Below are positions 19,355 to 29,520 of a stretch of 63,019 bases of DNA, piece after piece. Numbering within the stretch: position 1 is the stretch's first letter; every line of letters begins with the position of its first letter. Source of the DNA: a virus. Location: IMG/VR virus record IMGVR_UViG_3300037089_000131; one strand, written 5' to 3'. The notes beneath the pieces are model-generated. The model had not been told where the DNA came from. It searched no databases and saw only the letters and a program-made list of their open reading frames with translations. The translations under genes were made by a program, and so were the position numbers.

Positions 19355-19786
19355 ATGACAAGCAATAACATAGAACGTACCGGTCAGAGGGACATGGAGG
19401 CGTCAAGGAAAATGCGCCTGCCCAATGAAGGGTCCCCCGGCTGCACGGGGTTGAGGTCCTTCGACGTGGACCCCTTCATCATATGCGATGAATGTGCCCT
19501 ACCGGTGGCACTTGTGGAGTGGACAAGAAAAATGGACGGGTACAAGCCTACCCGCTATACCCGGACAATGGCCGAAAAGATGGGGTGCCCTTACTACTTG
19601 GCAAGGCATAACGGTGCAGAGGGGGGCAAGACCCTGATAGAGGACCTCTTCACCGGGGCGGTATTCACGCTCCGAGGCGACGAGGAGTTCAAAACGTGGG
19701 GGGAGAATCTATATCGTGAGCACAAGGCGAGATGCATACCGCATATTCCAGTCCCCTCCGAGGCATTCTACAGGGCCGAGGAATGA
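19355..19786 (+). CDS. hypothetical protein
   Basis: GGAGGGA RBS before MTSNNIE. Confidence 0.45.
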   Translation: MTSNNIERTGQRDMEASRKMRLPNEGSPGCTGLRSFDVDPFIICDECALPVALVEWTRKMDGYKPTRYTRTMAEKMGCPYYLARHNGAEGGKTLIEDLFTGAVFTLRGDEEFKTWGENLYREHKARCIPHIPVPSEAFYRAEE

Positions 19787-20625
19787 TTGACGACCGCAAC
19801 AAGACGGACCTGACCAAGCTCGCCACCTCTGCGGCCGTCCGCTGGCTGGACGAGAAGGGATTCAAGCCCATCGAGACAGAGGTCGCCGTCGCCCCCGCTT
19901 GGGTGGCCGACATAGCCGGGTCCATCCTCCCCACCAACACGGAACTGGTCAACCTCAAGCTCCTCAAGCACCGTCCCAACTGGCGTCTGGGGAGGGAGAA
20001 GTGGCTGGAGTGGCAAGCCCTCGCCGACCAAGCCTGCAAGCTCCTGACCGTCATCGTGGAGGTCAAGACCACCAAGTCCGACTTCTCCGGGGACAGCAAG
20101 TGGAGCCTCCCGGCACCGGCCAACCTTGCCTACCTCGCCGTCCCCAACAGCCTTGCCGTGGAGTGCCCCGAGGGCTGGGGGATGCTGACCTATGACGCCG
20201 GGCGCAACGAAGCCCGCTGTCACAAGCCCGCCCCCCTGCACGAGGTATCGGTGGAGTCCCAGCTTAACCTGGTCTTGCAGGTTTCTATCCGGCGTGACCA
20301 TGATACCCGCTACAAGCGCTTCCGGGAGTTCCGGCAGATGGTCCGGGAGCGCAACAACGCCGACAAGTCCCTGACCCGTACCCTCGACGCCATGCGGGCG
20401 ATGCTGGCCATCGTGGAGGGTAAGCACGAGTCCGTGGAGGAGTCCCTTGACCGGAACAGGGTCAGGAAGGTCCCGGAGTGGATGATAGAGGAACTCCGAG
20501 AGCTTTGGGGAAGGAAAAGCAAATCCCCGGTGTATACTATAGGTGGGGACGATTCCCCCAAGGAGCCTGAATGCGAATCCTGCTTTCCTGCGAGTTCTCC
20601 GGTGTCGTCCGGGACGCCTTCCTAA
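19783..20625 (+). CDS. putative PD-(D/E)xK nuclease (MmcB-like)
   Basis: D(ADIAG)...VIVEVKTTKSDF resembles the D...E.K core; GAGGAATG RBS; ATGA junction. Confidence 0.4.
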   Translation: MIDDRNKTDLTKLATSAAVRWLDEKGFKPIETEVAVAPAWVADIAGSILPTNTELVNLKLLKHRPNWRLGREKWLEWQALADQACKLLTVIVEVKTTKSDFSGDSKWSLPAPANLAYLAVPNSLAVECPEGWGMLTYDAGRNEARCHKPAPLHEVSVESQLNLVLQVSIRRDHDTRYKRFREFRQMVRERNNADKSLTRTLDAMRAMLAIVEGKHESVEESLDRNRVRKVPEWMIEELRELWGRKSKSPVYTIGGDDSPKEPECESCFPASSPVSSGTPS

Positions 20626-21152
20626 AGCGTGGGCACGACGCCGTGTCCTGCGACATCATCCCCGGAGAGGGCGACGGACCCCATATCCAAGACGATGTCC
20701 TGAAGCACCTGAATGACGGGTGGGATATGATGATTGCCTTCCCACCCTGCACCCACCTGGCGGTAAGCGGTGCCCACCGGTTCGCCGAGAAGCGTGCGGA
20801 CGGACGCCAGCAAGAGGGCATCGACTTCTTCATGGCCTTGGCCAATGCCCCCATCCCCAAGATTGCCATCGAGAACCCCGTGGGCATCATGAGCACCAAG
20901 TGGCGCAAGCCCGACCAGATTATCCAGCCCTTCCAGTTCGGCGACCCCGAGTCCAAGAAGACCTGCATCTGGCTCAAGGGACTTCCCAAGCTCGTCCCCA
21001 CCGACATCCTCCCCCTCCCCGAATGCGGCTACTGGCGCAACCAGACTCCCTCTGGTCAGAACAAGCTGGGTCCCAGCCCCGAGAGGGCGAAGAACCGGGC
21101 ACGCACCTACCAAGGAATCGCCGACGCCATGGCCACTCAATGGGGCATCTAA
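20571..21152 (+). CDS. minimal DNA (cytosine-5)-methyltransferase-like protein
   Basis: Motif I-like LSCEFSGVVRD, motif IV PPCTHLAVSG (PCQxFSxAG) and motif VI ENPVG (ENV); only 193 aa with no TRD or motifs IX-X; AAGGAG RBS. Confidence 0.5.
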   Translation: MRILLSCEFSGVVRDAFLKRGHDAVSCDIIPGEGDGPHIQDDVLKHLNDGWDMMIAFPPCTHLAVSGAHRFAEKRADGRQQEGIDFFMALANAPIPKIAIENPVGIMSTKWRKPDQIIQPFQFGDPESKKTCIWLKGLPKLVPTDILPLPECGYWRNQTPSGQNKLGPSPERAKNRARTYQGIADAMATQWGI

Positions 21153-21189
21153 ACGCTCGCCTCCGTGGTATTAGACCACGGAGGGAACC

Positions 21190-21543
21190 ATGGCTGATTT
21201 CGATAGCGGTCGTACCTGCGCAGCGATAAAAGCACAAGAGACTGAACCTCAATCAGGTGAGTCATTCACCCCGATAAGCGCCTTTGCCGGGCAGCAGGTC
21301 GTCCGTAAGCCGAGGGAGCGGGTCAACGCCGACCAAGAGGTGTGGATAAAGCAACAGGTTCTAACGGCTATCCGTACCGCCCGTGCGGTTGAAAGGGCTT
21401 GCCGGGTGAGGGCGGACCAGCCAATCCTCGACTGTGCCATCGACGGCATCGCCAACGGGGCGGCGATAGAGATAATCCACACCTTGGACATGGAGCCGGA
21501 ATACACCAATCTCAGGAAGTACCTCCCCGGCGTCTTGGAGTAA
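21190..21543 (+). CDS. hypothetical protein
   Basis: 117 aa. Confidence 0.4.
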   Translation: MADFDSGRTCAAIKAQETEPQSGESFTPISAFAGQQVVRKPRERVNADQEVWIKQQVLTAIRTARAVERACRVRADQPILDCAIDGIANGAAIEIIHTLDMEPEYTNLRKYLPGVLE

Positions 21544-21545
21544 TA

Positions 21546-21782
21546 ATGGCGAACCTGCAAGAGGTGTTCGACAAGAACACATCGGACAGCCGATATGCCT
21601 GCTCCGAGTGCGACTTCGAGCTTGACCCCGGTGCTGACATCAGGAAGGTACGAGACCATCTCGTCGAGACAGGGCATAACGGGATGCTCGTCTACACCGC
21701 AGTCGGAACCGTGGAGTACATCTCGATAGGCTTCGTCCTAAGGGACGGCAAGGTCGAGAAGGAGCAACAGGAGGAAGTCTAG
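21546..21782 (+). CDS. hypothetical protein
   Basis: 78 aa; CSECDFE. Confidence 0.4.
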   Translation: MANLQEVFDKNTSDSRYACSECDFELDPGADIRKVRDHLVETGHNGMLVYTAVGTVEYISIGFVLRDGKVEKEQQEEV

Positions 21783-21784
21783 CC

Positions 21785-22270
21785 ATGTCCGAAGCAACAC
21801 TCAAGAGCACCAACGACCAGAGCAACCTGGAATTCCACAAGGGGATGGTCGCCCGGATGGAGACGGCGTTCCATTCCTACGGCGACTACACGAGGAACTG
21901 CGTCGGGACGTATTCCAACGCATTCCGCACCGATGTCAAGAACGCCATCGACCCCATCATCGAGAAGTACAAGAGGTCAGGAAACGGCAATGGTACCACC
22001 GCCAACACCAATTCCGTGGTATCATCCTTGGAGCGCCTCCTGCTGTACCTGGTGGGCGGGCAAACCCGAGGTGGGGAAGTGCCGAGGGGCAACACAGAAT
22101 ACCTGATGGACTCCGCCAACTTCCTGATGATGGAGTTCAACCGGCCGCAGGTCCCCAAGGCCAAGTTCAAGGCTTCGGGCTGGGAGGAGTCCCCCGGCGT
22201 GGCAGGAACCCCGGAAGGAGAGGCGCAGGTGGCTGCCTTCCAGACCTACGGGAACAAGCAGGGAGACTGA
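21785..22270 (+). CDS. hypothetical protein
   Basis: 161 aa. Confidence 0.45.
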   Translation: MSEATLKSTNDQSNLEFHKGMVARMETAFHSYGDYTRNCVGTYSNAFRTDVKNAIDPIIEKYKRSGNGNGTTANTNSVVSSLERLLLYLVGGQTRGGEVPRGNTEYLMDSANFLMMEFNRPQVPKAKFKASGWEESPGVAGTPEGEAQVAAFQTYGNKQGD

Positions 22271-22301
22271 AAATTTCCCGATTTAACCAGTAATAACCAC
22301 T

Positions 22302-23318
22302 ATGCTCAAAGTGCCCATGCCGCTGCTCCAGACGCCTAACAACCGGATGAACTTCGTCTGGAGCACGGACTGGCACCTGAGCGCCCTTCCCCCCGGTCGG
22401 AGGGCTGACGACTACCAGGCGGCCATACTTGCCAAGCTGGAGTTCATCCGCAGCATCACCGAACGGGTGCAGGGAGTCGCCCTGTGCGGAGGGGACGTTT
22501 TCCATATCAAGAGCAACAAGCACCCGGCGAACAGCCTGTCGCTGCTCGTCTACACGCTTAGGGCTATGCGGCTCTTCAACACCGGCATGGTGTATGGCTC
22601 CGTGGGCAACCACGACCTTGCCACGGGCGAGCGGATGGACTCCCTGCCCAGCCAGCCCCTCGGCGTCATGATTGCAGCCGGTGCCTACCACGACCTTACC
22701 GCCGAACCGGCGATGTTCTCGGACGGATATGGCCTCAAGGTGGAGGTGGAGTCGTTCCCCTATGACCGGGCGGAGGGCACGCTGGCAAGGATTCTTGCCT
22801 CCCGCCGCCACCCGGACGCCAAGTACCATGTGGGCATCGTCCATGCCTATGGGGGACCGGGACCCGGCTCTACTTACTTCGGGGAGAAGAGCATCGGATA
22901 CGACGAGGTCGCCGGGAGTGATTTTGACTTCCTGCTCTGGGGTCACGACCACAGCCGGGAGGAGACGGTAAAGGTTGGGAACGTGACCCATATCCGCCTC
23001 GGCAGCCTGTCACGGGCAGCCTTGGATACCGACCAGACTGAGCGTCCAGTCGCCATCGCTGTGCTGTCCTTCCCCGAGGAGGGGGAAGTCAAGGTCAAGG
23101 AGATTCCCGTCCCTGTAAAACCACTGGAGCAGGCATTTGTGGTGGCCGACCAAGTGGTGAGGAAGGTCGAGAAGTCCGAGGAGATGAAGCAGTTCTTCGC
23201 CAAGATGGACGAGGCGGTCGAGGGGGTGGAGACATCCGACCCCGCCGAGGCTCTCAGGATGCTGTGCCCGGACGACCCGCCCCTTTTGGCGCTGGCCAAG
23301 GACCTGTGTGGGTTATGA
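22302..23318 (+). CDS. SbcD/Mre11-like metallophosphoesterase nuclease
   Basis: Calcineurin-like motifs DWHL, GGDVFH, GNHD and GHDH. Confidence 0.7.
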   Translation: MLKVPMPLLQTPNNRMNFVWSTDWHLSALPPGRRADDYQAAILAKLEFIRSITERVQGVALCGGDVFHIKSNKHPANSLSLLVYTLRAMRLFNTGMVYGSVGNHDLATGERMDSLPSQPLGVMIAAGAYHDLTAEPAMFSDGYGLKVEVESFPYDRAEGTLARILASRRHPDAKYHVGIVHAYGGPGPGSTYFGEKSIGYDEVAGSDFDFLLWGHDHSREETVKVGNVTHIRLGSLSRAALDTDQTERPVAIAVLSFPEEGEVKVKEIPVPVKPLEQAFVVADQVVRKVEKSEEMKQFFAKMDEAVEGVETSDPAEALRMLCPDDPPLLALAKDLCGL

Positions 23319-23575
23319 CGGAAAAGCAAATCAAAGCTCGGTTCGAGGGGTTCTGGGACAGCACCAACAACGAGCCTTGGATAAAGGGCAGGCTCAAGGA
23401 CGGGTCCTTCACCACGGAGAACCTTCCTGCCGAGATAAAGAAGTTCTGCGGCGAGTCCTTCCGGTGCGGGATAAGGCACTGCGAGGGCACCCATGTGCTT
23501 ACCCTATTGTGGCGATGGGTCAAGGAGAGGTGGGACGAGCACAGGTACATACGCTCCTGCCGGGAGAGGTTATAA
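23315..23575 (+). CDS. hypothetical protein
   Basis: ATGA overlap; 86 aa. Confidence 0.35.
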   Translation: MTEKQIKARFEGFWDSTNNEPWIKGRLKDGSFTTENLPAEIKKFCGESFRCGIRHCEGTHVLTLLWRWVKERWDEHRYIRSCRERL

Positions 23576-24021
23576 TGAGCGATGCGCTTACTGACATTGT
23601 GAGGGACGAGCGCCGGGGAGGAATGGTCTCGCTCTACTACGAGAGCCTCGTGGAGTGGCTTAAGGACAAGACCGAGGATAAGGCCACCAAGGTAAGGCAG
23701 GCGGCAAAGGACGCCGATAGCCTATCGGGCGGGTACTTCACCGGAAGGACATCCATATCCGAGCATCTTGACGACCGCATGAGGCGGCTTGTCGCCGACG
23801 ACGAACCTGTATGGATTGACACCATCGCCGACCTGCAACCGTTCTGCGCCGGACCGCTCATCGAGCTTTCCCCGTTCAAGGGGATGACGCTCATCCTATA
23901 CAAGCAGAGCTATGCTGCCAGCGTATATCCGGGGGGCAGGGAATGCCGGACGTTCCGGTGGGAATGGAACGACACCGGGGACCGTCTGGGCGACAATGGC
24001 CAATGGAAGGCTGACGATTAG
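23575..24021 (+). CDS. hypothetical protein
   Basis: TAATG overlap; 148 aa. Confidence 0.4.
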   Translation: MSDALTDIVRDERRGGMVSLYYESLVEWLKDKTEDKATKVRQAAKDADSLSGGYFTGRTSISEHLDDRMRRLVADDEPVWIDTIADLQPFCAGPLIELSPFKGMTLILYKQSYAASVYPGGRECRTFRWEWNDTGDRLGDNGQWKADD

Positions 24022-24029
24022 GGGGACTC

Positions 24030-24197
24030 ATGAGCAACATCGAGAACAACCCGCAGGGATTTCTCAGCACCAACAGCAAATGTCCCAAATGCGGAAGTAC
24101 CGACCTGTACATGAAGTGGTACGACCATGGGGCGCACGAGGGGGATATCCACTGTTCCAAGTGCGGTGCCTACGTGCGCACATTCGACGCAGGGTAA
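24030..24197 (+). CDS. Zn-ribbon protein (55 aa)
   Basis: CPKCG...CSKCG; GGGGGA RBS; below the ORF-track cutoff. Confidence 0.3.
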   Translation: MSNIENNPQGFLSTNSKCPKCGSTDLYMKWYDHGAHEGDIHCSKCGAYVRTFDAG

Positions 24198-24207
24198 AGG
24201 AGATTTC

Positions 24208-24696
24208 ATGATATCAGTATACCTATCGGGAGGGATAAAGGGGCTGACCGACGAGCAGGCGTTCGGGTGGAGGCATAAGGTGTGCAGTCACTACGGCTGC
24301 ACTGATGAGGGACGCCCCCTGACTCGTGCGGATGGACTCCCGTTTATCCTCGGACCAGGGTCTATGACAGGTAAGGTGAAGCTCACCATCCCCACGAGGA
24401 TTGAGTACCGCTGGAACATGGATATCAAGGCTGCCGCCGAGTGGATAATCAGGCGGGACAAGATGGCCATAGCCAAGTGCGACATCGTCCTCGTCAATGC
24501 CCCGGTTCCAAGCTGGGGAACGGCGATGGAAATCATGTGCGCCCACGAGCTTGAGAAGCGGATTGTCGTGGTGTGTGAGGATAAAAACCCAAGCCCATGG
24601 CTGGTAGCCCACGCAGATATCCTAATCCCGTCCTTCGAGGATGCCTACCGGGAGATAGACAACATCGTCCGGGAGATGGAAGAACTAAACCTATGA
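24208..24696 (+). CDS. nucleoside 2-deoxyribosyltransferase/Rcl(DNPH1)-like protein
   Basis: YLSGGIKG...W...DIVLVNAP..SWGTAMEIMCAHELEKRIVVV pattern of the deoxyribosyltransferase fold. Confidence 0.5.
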   Translation: MISVYLSGGIKGLTDEQAFGWRHKVCSHYGCTDEGRPLTRADGLPFILGPGSMTGKVKLTIPTRIEYRWNMDIKAAAEWIIRRDKMAIAKCDIVLVNAPVPSWGTAMEIMCAHELEKRIVVVCEDKNPSPWLVAHADILIPSFEDAYREIDNIVREMEELNL

Positions 24697-24980
24697 ATAT
24701 AGTGCGGGATATCGAAATAGCACTGGTTTCCCTGATGCTGCTGGTCTGCATGGTATCCTACCAGTACAGCCAGCATGCCTTGGACGAGATAGCGGTGGCG
24801 GAGCACGCCGAGCTTGTCTACCTGCGGGCTTGGAGAAAAGTGAACAGCGACAATGTAAAGGTAGAAAAGCAACAGGACCAGTGCTTGCAGGATGCTTTCA
24901 AGATGCTCAAGCCGTTCTTGGCAATACCCATGGAGCCGTCCCCGGAACCCAAGAAGGAAGGCAGGGGGCTGATAACATAA
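24693..24980 (+). CDS. small membrane protein
   Basis: ATGA overlap; hydrophobic N-terminus. Confidence 0.4.
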   Translation: MNIVRDIEIALVSLMLLVCMVSYQYSQHALDEIAVAEHAELVYLRAWRKVNSDNVKVEKQQDQCLQDAFKMLKPFLAIPMEPSPEPKKEGRGLIT

Positions 24981-25642
24981 TGGAAATCCTAAAGAACTAC
25001 CCCAATCTCTGGTTCACCGCCGACTGGCACCACGGGCACGAGTTCCTCATCAGGTACAAGAAGCGCCCCTTCGCCACGCTGGAGGAGATGACCGAGACGA
25101 TGGTCGAGCGCCACAACGCCGTGGTGCAGCCGGGGGACCTCGTCTATAACCTCGGGGATGGTTATCTCAAGCTTAACCTATCCACGGCTCTGGCCATCCA
25201 GAAGCGGTACAAGGGGAACCATTACTTCATCCACGGCAACCACGACAACATCGCCAAGAACATGGCGAAGAAGGGGGCGTTCGTCTGGTTCCGCTCCTAC
25301 GAGGAGATAAAGGTCGGCCAGCCGTGGTTTGACGACAAGCAGAAGAAGATGATAACCCTCTGCCACTATGCCATGCGCACGTGGAGGAACATGGGCTACG
25401 GAAGCTGGCAGCTTTATGGGCACAGCCACTCCATGCTCCCGGAGATACCCTTCAACCTAGCCTTCGACATCGGCGTGGATGTCCCGGAGTGGAACTTCTC
25501 CCCGGTGTCCATCGAGCAGGTCATCCAGAAGATGAACGCCAAGATGCCCGCCTTCCTCGAATGGAAGGAGAGGGTCAGGGGACAGCCTTGGGAAAGCTCA
25601 GGATTCTCAGTATCAGAGGAAGAGGGGGACAGCCAAGAATGA
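24980..25642 (+). CDS. metallophosphoesterase (Ser/Thr-phosphatase-like)
   Basis: DWHHGH, GDLVYNLGDG, HGNHD, CHYAMRTWRN. Confidence 0.65.
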   Translation: MEILKNYPNLWFTADWHHGHEFLIRYKKRPFATLEEMTETMVERHNAVVQPGDLVYNLGDGYLKLNLSTALAIQKRYKGNHYFIHGNHDNIAKNMAKKGAFVWFRSYEEIKVGQPWFDDKQKKMITLCHYAMRTWRNMGYGSWQLYGHSHSMLPEIPFNLAFDIGVDVPEWNFSPVSIEQVIQKMNAKMPAFLEWKERVRGQPWESSGFSVSEEEGDSQE

Positions 25643-26238
25643 GAGTAGGGGATATCAATCTACCGGAAGACCAGTGCGGGGAATTCGTGTGCTCGTTTAT
25701 AGCACGGGAAGGCTCGTGGTTCCCATGTGCCCTTGCCAAGCATCATGACGGACCCCACCATTCCGGGGGCAACTGCTTCACGCACGGCAAGTATGCTACG
25801 AGGCTCCCCGGCGTGCCTCCTGCCTGCCCCCAGTGCGATGAGAGTATCAAGGCCATGTCCCTTGCCTCTATTCCAGCCAGCCTTAAGGCGGAGCCGGTAA
25901 GCTATGACCCCACCCTCGTGCAGCGCAGACCGACCGCCCCGGAGGGAGAGCAGGACGTGGGCAGGTTCGTGGTCAGCCATCTTACCTCCCTGCATATGCC
26001 GAAGGTGGCCACCGACCACGAGAAGCGCATCGAGATGGGGGAGAAGAAGTACGGGCAGCGGCTCAGGACCAACAACGGTCGGGACTGGGTATTGGACTGC
26101 TATCAAGAAGCCCTGGACGGCATCTCCTACAGCGCACAGGGCGTCCTTGAGGGCGACGACGGGGAGATACTCCACGACTTCGCCATACTGGCAAGGAAGA
26201 TAAGGGACAAGCTCACAACGAGCAGGAGGATACCATGA
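25639..26238 (+). CDS. hypothetical protein
   Basis: ATGA overlap; Cys/His-rich N-terminus. Confidence 0.4.
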   Translation: MRVGDINLPEDQCGEFVCSFIAREGSWFPCALAKHHDGPHHSGGNCFTHGKYATRLPGVPPACPQCDESIKAMSLASIPASLKAEPVSYDPTLVQRRPTAPEGEQDVGRFVVSHLTSLHMPKVATDHEKRIEMGEKKYGQRLRTNNGRDWVLDCYQEALDGISYSAQGVLEGDDGEILHDFAILARKIRDKLTTSRRIP

Positions 26239-26564
26239 AGGCGAAGGTCAAGCGTGTAAAGGTCATGTCCGGCGATAGGCCGAACCGGAAGCTCCGCAGG
26301 CGGGGGGCCGTCAGGTTCGACGAGCTTACCACTGTCCTCAAGCAGGCGGACTCCCCCTTGGACGTGGCGCTCCCCGGAACCACCGACCGTGAGCCGGTTA
26401 AGATGGATGTCATCGGCAGCTATCCCAAGCGCCCGGTCAGGAAGGTCAAGGTGGACAAGGTCGGGGAAGCCATCTGCAAGGAACTCGACAACCATCTTTC
26501 CAAGGACGAGCAGTTCAACGAGTATGTCGCCAGCGGGAATACTTGCATCCTCGCCAGCGACTAG
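26235..26564 (+). CDS. hypothetical basic protein
   Basis: ATGA overlap. Confidence 0.4.
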   Translation: MKAKVKRVKVMSGDRPNRKLRRRGAVRFDELTTVLKQADSPLDVALPGTTDREPVKMDVIGSYPKRPVRKVKVDKVGEAICKELDNHLSKDEQFNEYVASGNTCILASD

Positions 26565-26581
26565 AAGAAGGGAAGTGCAGC

Positions 26582-26785
26582 ATGGCGGTAAATTGCCTCA
26601 GGTGCCAGAAGGAACTGAACGAGTATGTCCACACGAGGGTGCAGAAGCTCCGCACCGTGGGCGGTCTGGTGGAGTCGCCCTACGCCCTCGTGGAGTGCCC
26701 CGAATGCGGGCATACGGAGGTCCTTTCCCTCAGGAGCAAGCACCTGGTGGGGATGAAGCGCCTCACCCGGACATCGGAGGATTAG
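26582..26785 (+). CDS. Zn-ribbon protein
   Basis: CLRCQ...CPECG. Confidence 0.35.
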   Translation: MAVNCLRCQKELNEYVHTRVQKLRTVGGLVESPYALVECPECGHTEVLSLRSKHLVGMKRLTRTSED

Positions 26786-26788
26786 AAC

Positions 26789-27130
26789 ATGTCCTACTAC
26801 AAGGGGCAACTGGTGCTCCACAACTATGCGTTCCCCATCCATGAGAAGAGCGACCACGAGCAGGAGGACTTCCGCAGGGAAATCAACCGGCTGAACGCCC
26901 GTGAGTCCCTGGAGAACCTCGTGGACTACAACGAGAACACCACCTTCGTCCGGCAGTTCGGCCTCGACACATGGCAGAAGCGGCTCATGTACTTCCTCAA
27001 GCCCATCGCCCGGCACTTCGAGGTCGATGATGAGGAACTCCTGCAACGGTACATCCGCCACACCCTCCCCTCCCATATGATGGAGGCGGGAATCAACCCT
27101 GTGCCCTTCCTGGAGGCCATGAGCAAATAG
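26789..27130 (+). CDS. hypothetical protein
   Basis: 113 aa. Confidence 0.45.
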   Translation: MSYYKGQLVLHNYAFPIHEKSDHEQEDFRREINRLNARESLENLVDYNENTTFVRQFGLDTWQKRLMYFLKPIARHFEVDDEELLQRYIRHTLPSHMMEAGINPVPFLEAMSK

Positions 27131-27131
27131 C

Positions 27132-28130
27132 ATGCATGACCAAGACCAAGACCGTCTCTACCAGCGGGTCGCCAACAACTTTGCGGCCACCATATCCAGT
27201 CTGTTCGACTCGGAAGATACCCTGAAGGCAAAGTTCTCCGAGTTGTTCCCCGGACTGGAGTTCAGCCGGACCGACCACTGGGGCGGCATCATCTACAAGG
27301 TGTTCCGTGACTGCTGGATGGACATGGGTCCAGAGGTCAAGGGGGAGCCTACCGGCTACGACCGCAACGTCGTGCTCACGAAGCTCCACGGGCACCGGCT
27401 GCTGGACTACAACCTCTTCACGCAGGTCATGCTCAACCTCCAGTCCTATACCGGGATGGCATACCAGGCGCAGGACGCCGAGGAGGACATCAGGAAGCTG
27501 GAGGAGGAGTGGAAGGGGAAGGAGAAGAGTCCGTTCTCCGCTGGCGCAAGGATGGTCAAGCTATCCCATACGACTACGGACGAGGACATCAAATTCAACC
27601 ATGACCTCAGCACCCTGAAGTCGCTCAAGATTATAGCCTCCTTCACCCCACAGCTATCCTTCCGGGTAAGCCCCAAGGGCAGCACGCCCACCCTCGTGGA
27701 CGCCAACAACGTAAGCAACCTCGGGGTAGGCTCGGACAAATACCTGCGGGTCATGCCCAGCCTCAAGGCTTGGTATATCCACTGGCAGCCGGGAGCCTCA
27801 CCGACGATGGTTAAGCCCGTGGGCGCTACCGGGGTGACGGGGAAGCCGGAGAAGCCAGAGGATATAGTCTTCCACGAAACGGATTTTCTTTACTTCTTCC
27901 ACTCCAAGTCCGGGGGAGAGATTCTAAATCAAGTCCTCTTCTCACGCCGGATTGCCTTCGAGGTGTTCCCAGAGTACGACCACACCACCCAGACTTGCAT
28001 CATCCTCCCGAGGATGAGTTCCGTGCTGGTGGTGGCGGACGAGGAGGGCGTGGGGGTCAAGGCGGCGTTCTACCGGCTGAAGAGCAAGTTCCCCATCCTG
28101 GAACTGGCGGAAGGAACGAGACAAGCCTGA
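27132..28130 (+). CDS. hypothetical protein
   Basis: 332 aa. Confidence 0.5.
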   Translation: MHDQDQDRLYQRVANNFAATISSLFDSEDTLKAKFSELFPGLEFSRTDHWGGIIYKVFRDCWMDMGPEVKGEPTGYDRNVVLTKLHGHRLLDYNLFTQVMLNLQSYTGMAYQAQDAEEDIRKLEEEWKGKEKSPFSAGARMVKLSHTTTDEDIKFNHDLSTLKSLKIIASFTPQLSFRVSPKGSTPTLVDANNVSNLGVGSDKYLRVMPSLKAWYIHWQPGASPTMVKPVGATGVTGKPEKPEDIVFHETDFLYFFHSKSGGEILNQVLFSRRIAFEVFPEYDHTTQTCIILPRMSSVLVVADEEGVGVKAAFYRLKSKFPILELAEGTRQA

Positions 28131-28384
28131 TGGGGGACGACAGGTTCATAGGCTCGCCCCCGGCGTACCCGGAGCCACGGATGTTCCGGCTGGGAAACCC
28201 CGACACCGGGGAGTTCTGGCTCATAGCCGCCCATGATGTACAGGAGGCTGCCTGCATCGCCAACTCATGCGGATGGAGCGCCACCAAGATTAGGGAGTTC
28301 GCCTACTTCTACGGCAGGAAATACCTCAACGATTGCCGGATAGAGGACGAGGGCGACGAATACCCGGAGAGGGCACCATTCTAA
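28130..28384 (+). CDS. hypothetical protein
   Basis: TGATG junction. Confidence 0.4.
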   Translation: MGDDRFIGSPPAYPEPRMFRLGNPDTGEFWLIAAHDVQEAACIANSCGWSATKIREFAYFYGRKYLNDCRIEDEGDEYPERAPF

Positions 28385-28590
28385 TGGCCGAAGCACCATC
28401 AGGCTGGACAAGGGTAAGGAACGCCATCCTCAAGGGGATGAAGGCAGCACAGGCAGAAGTGAAGGAGGGCGTGTGCGGCTACAGCGAGCCTTGGCATATC
28501 GAACACGCCCTGCTTGAAGCCGGACTGCTTACCCCGGAGGCGGAAGAGGTCATCGGCTTCATCGGCGTGCCTCCTGACCCCAAGGTCTAG
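28384..28590 (+). CDS. hypothetical protein
   Basis: TAATG junction. Confidence 0.4.
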   Translation: MAEAPSGWTRVRNAILKGMKAAQAEVKEGVCGYSEPWHIEHALLEAGLLTPEAEEVIGFIGVPPDPKV

Positions 28591-29402
28591 CTCCACACTG
28601 GTCCGAGGTGGCACATGTGGCAGTCGGACACATAGGGTCCGTTGCCGCTCGGGTCAATCCCGTTCAGGTAGCCATAGGGCATGAAGCAGTTCCCGTTGTT
28701 CCCCCAAGAACCCCAGCTATTGCGGATGCACAGAGCGCCGGGAGGCAAGCCGGGGAAGGCGAATTTGTCGTTGTACCCCCAGACACACCCCGCATGGCCA
28801 CCGAGAAGCTGCTCGGTCTTGGTCGGCATCGTCATGATGCCGTTTGCGGCCACTGATGCGGTCTCAAAGGATTCATAAACGAGGAACCCAAGCTCGAACA
28901 CGAAACCTGAGTTGAGGGCGTTCTTCATGTCCAGAAGGGTGTTAAGGGCGTACACCTTCCCGACCTTGTAATGGGCGGCGTCCACGAAGGATTTGGCCGA
29001 GGGGTGGGTGGCGAACGGGGTCGAGTATGGCTCGTCGGCATCGGGGGCGATTCCCCACATCTGCATGGAGACCATGGCGGTGGCCACGGTAGACCCGGCG
29101 TCCTGCGGCACGTCGCCATTGAGCAGGCGCTCGCAATAGTACTGGAACTGGGCGCTCAGGGGCACCGGCTTCTTGACGTACTTGATGCTGAGGAACTCCC
29201 TTGTGTTCTTTGCCCCGAAGGCGGTACAGGAGCCTTCCTGAGCCTGGTCGTAGAGGGGAGGCATCCATTGCAGGAGGCTCACGGAGGCGGGCAGGGGGGT
29301 GCTCATGTCATGATGCAGCGAGTAGGAAGGGTGAACCTTCCTTACCCTGGAATGGGCAAAGCTGTACTTGCGGCCGGTCACCGGGGAGATAGGAACACTC
29401 AT
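28587..29402 (-). CDS. papain-like (C1 family) cysteine peptidase
   Basis: Catalytic QEGSCTAFG (Q...C), LGGHAGCVWGY (His) and IRNSWGSWGNNG...PYGY (N-S-W-G); AAGGAGGA RBS; one of only two minus-strand genes. Confidence 0.7.
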   Translation of the reverse strand: MSVPISPVTGRKYSFAHSRVRKVHPSYSLHHDMSTPLPASVSLLQWMPPLYDQAQEGSCTAFGAKNTREFLSIKYVKKPVPLSAQFQYYCERLLNGDVPQDAGSTVATAMVSMQMWGIAPDADEPYSTPFATHPSAKSFVDAAHYKVGKVYALNTLLDMKNALNSGFVFELGFLVYESFETASVAANGIMTMPTKTEQLLGGHAGCVWGYNDKFAFPGLPPGALCIRNSWGSWGNNGNCFMPYGYLNGIDPSGNGPYVSDCHMCHLGPVWS

Positions 29403-29520
29403 GTATCCTCCTTGGGATGGGGGTTAGTTTCCCTCATATAGGAGGGCGGTAGTCTGGCCAGAAAAGTTTTTCCCAAATCCGCCGATATCCGGTGTATTAT
29501 ATAGCTGACAGGCTAGTGAA

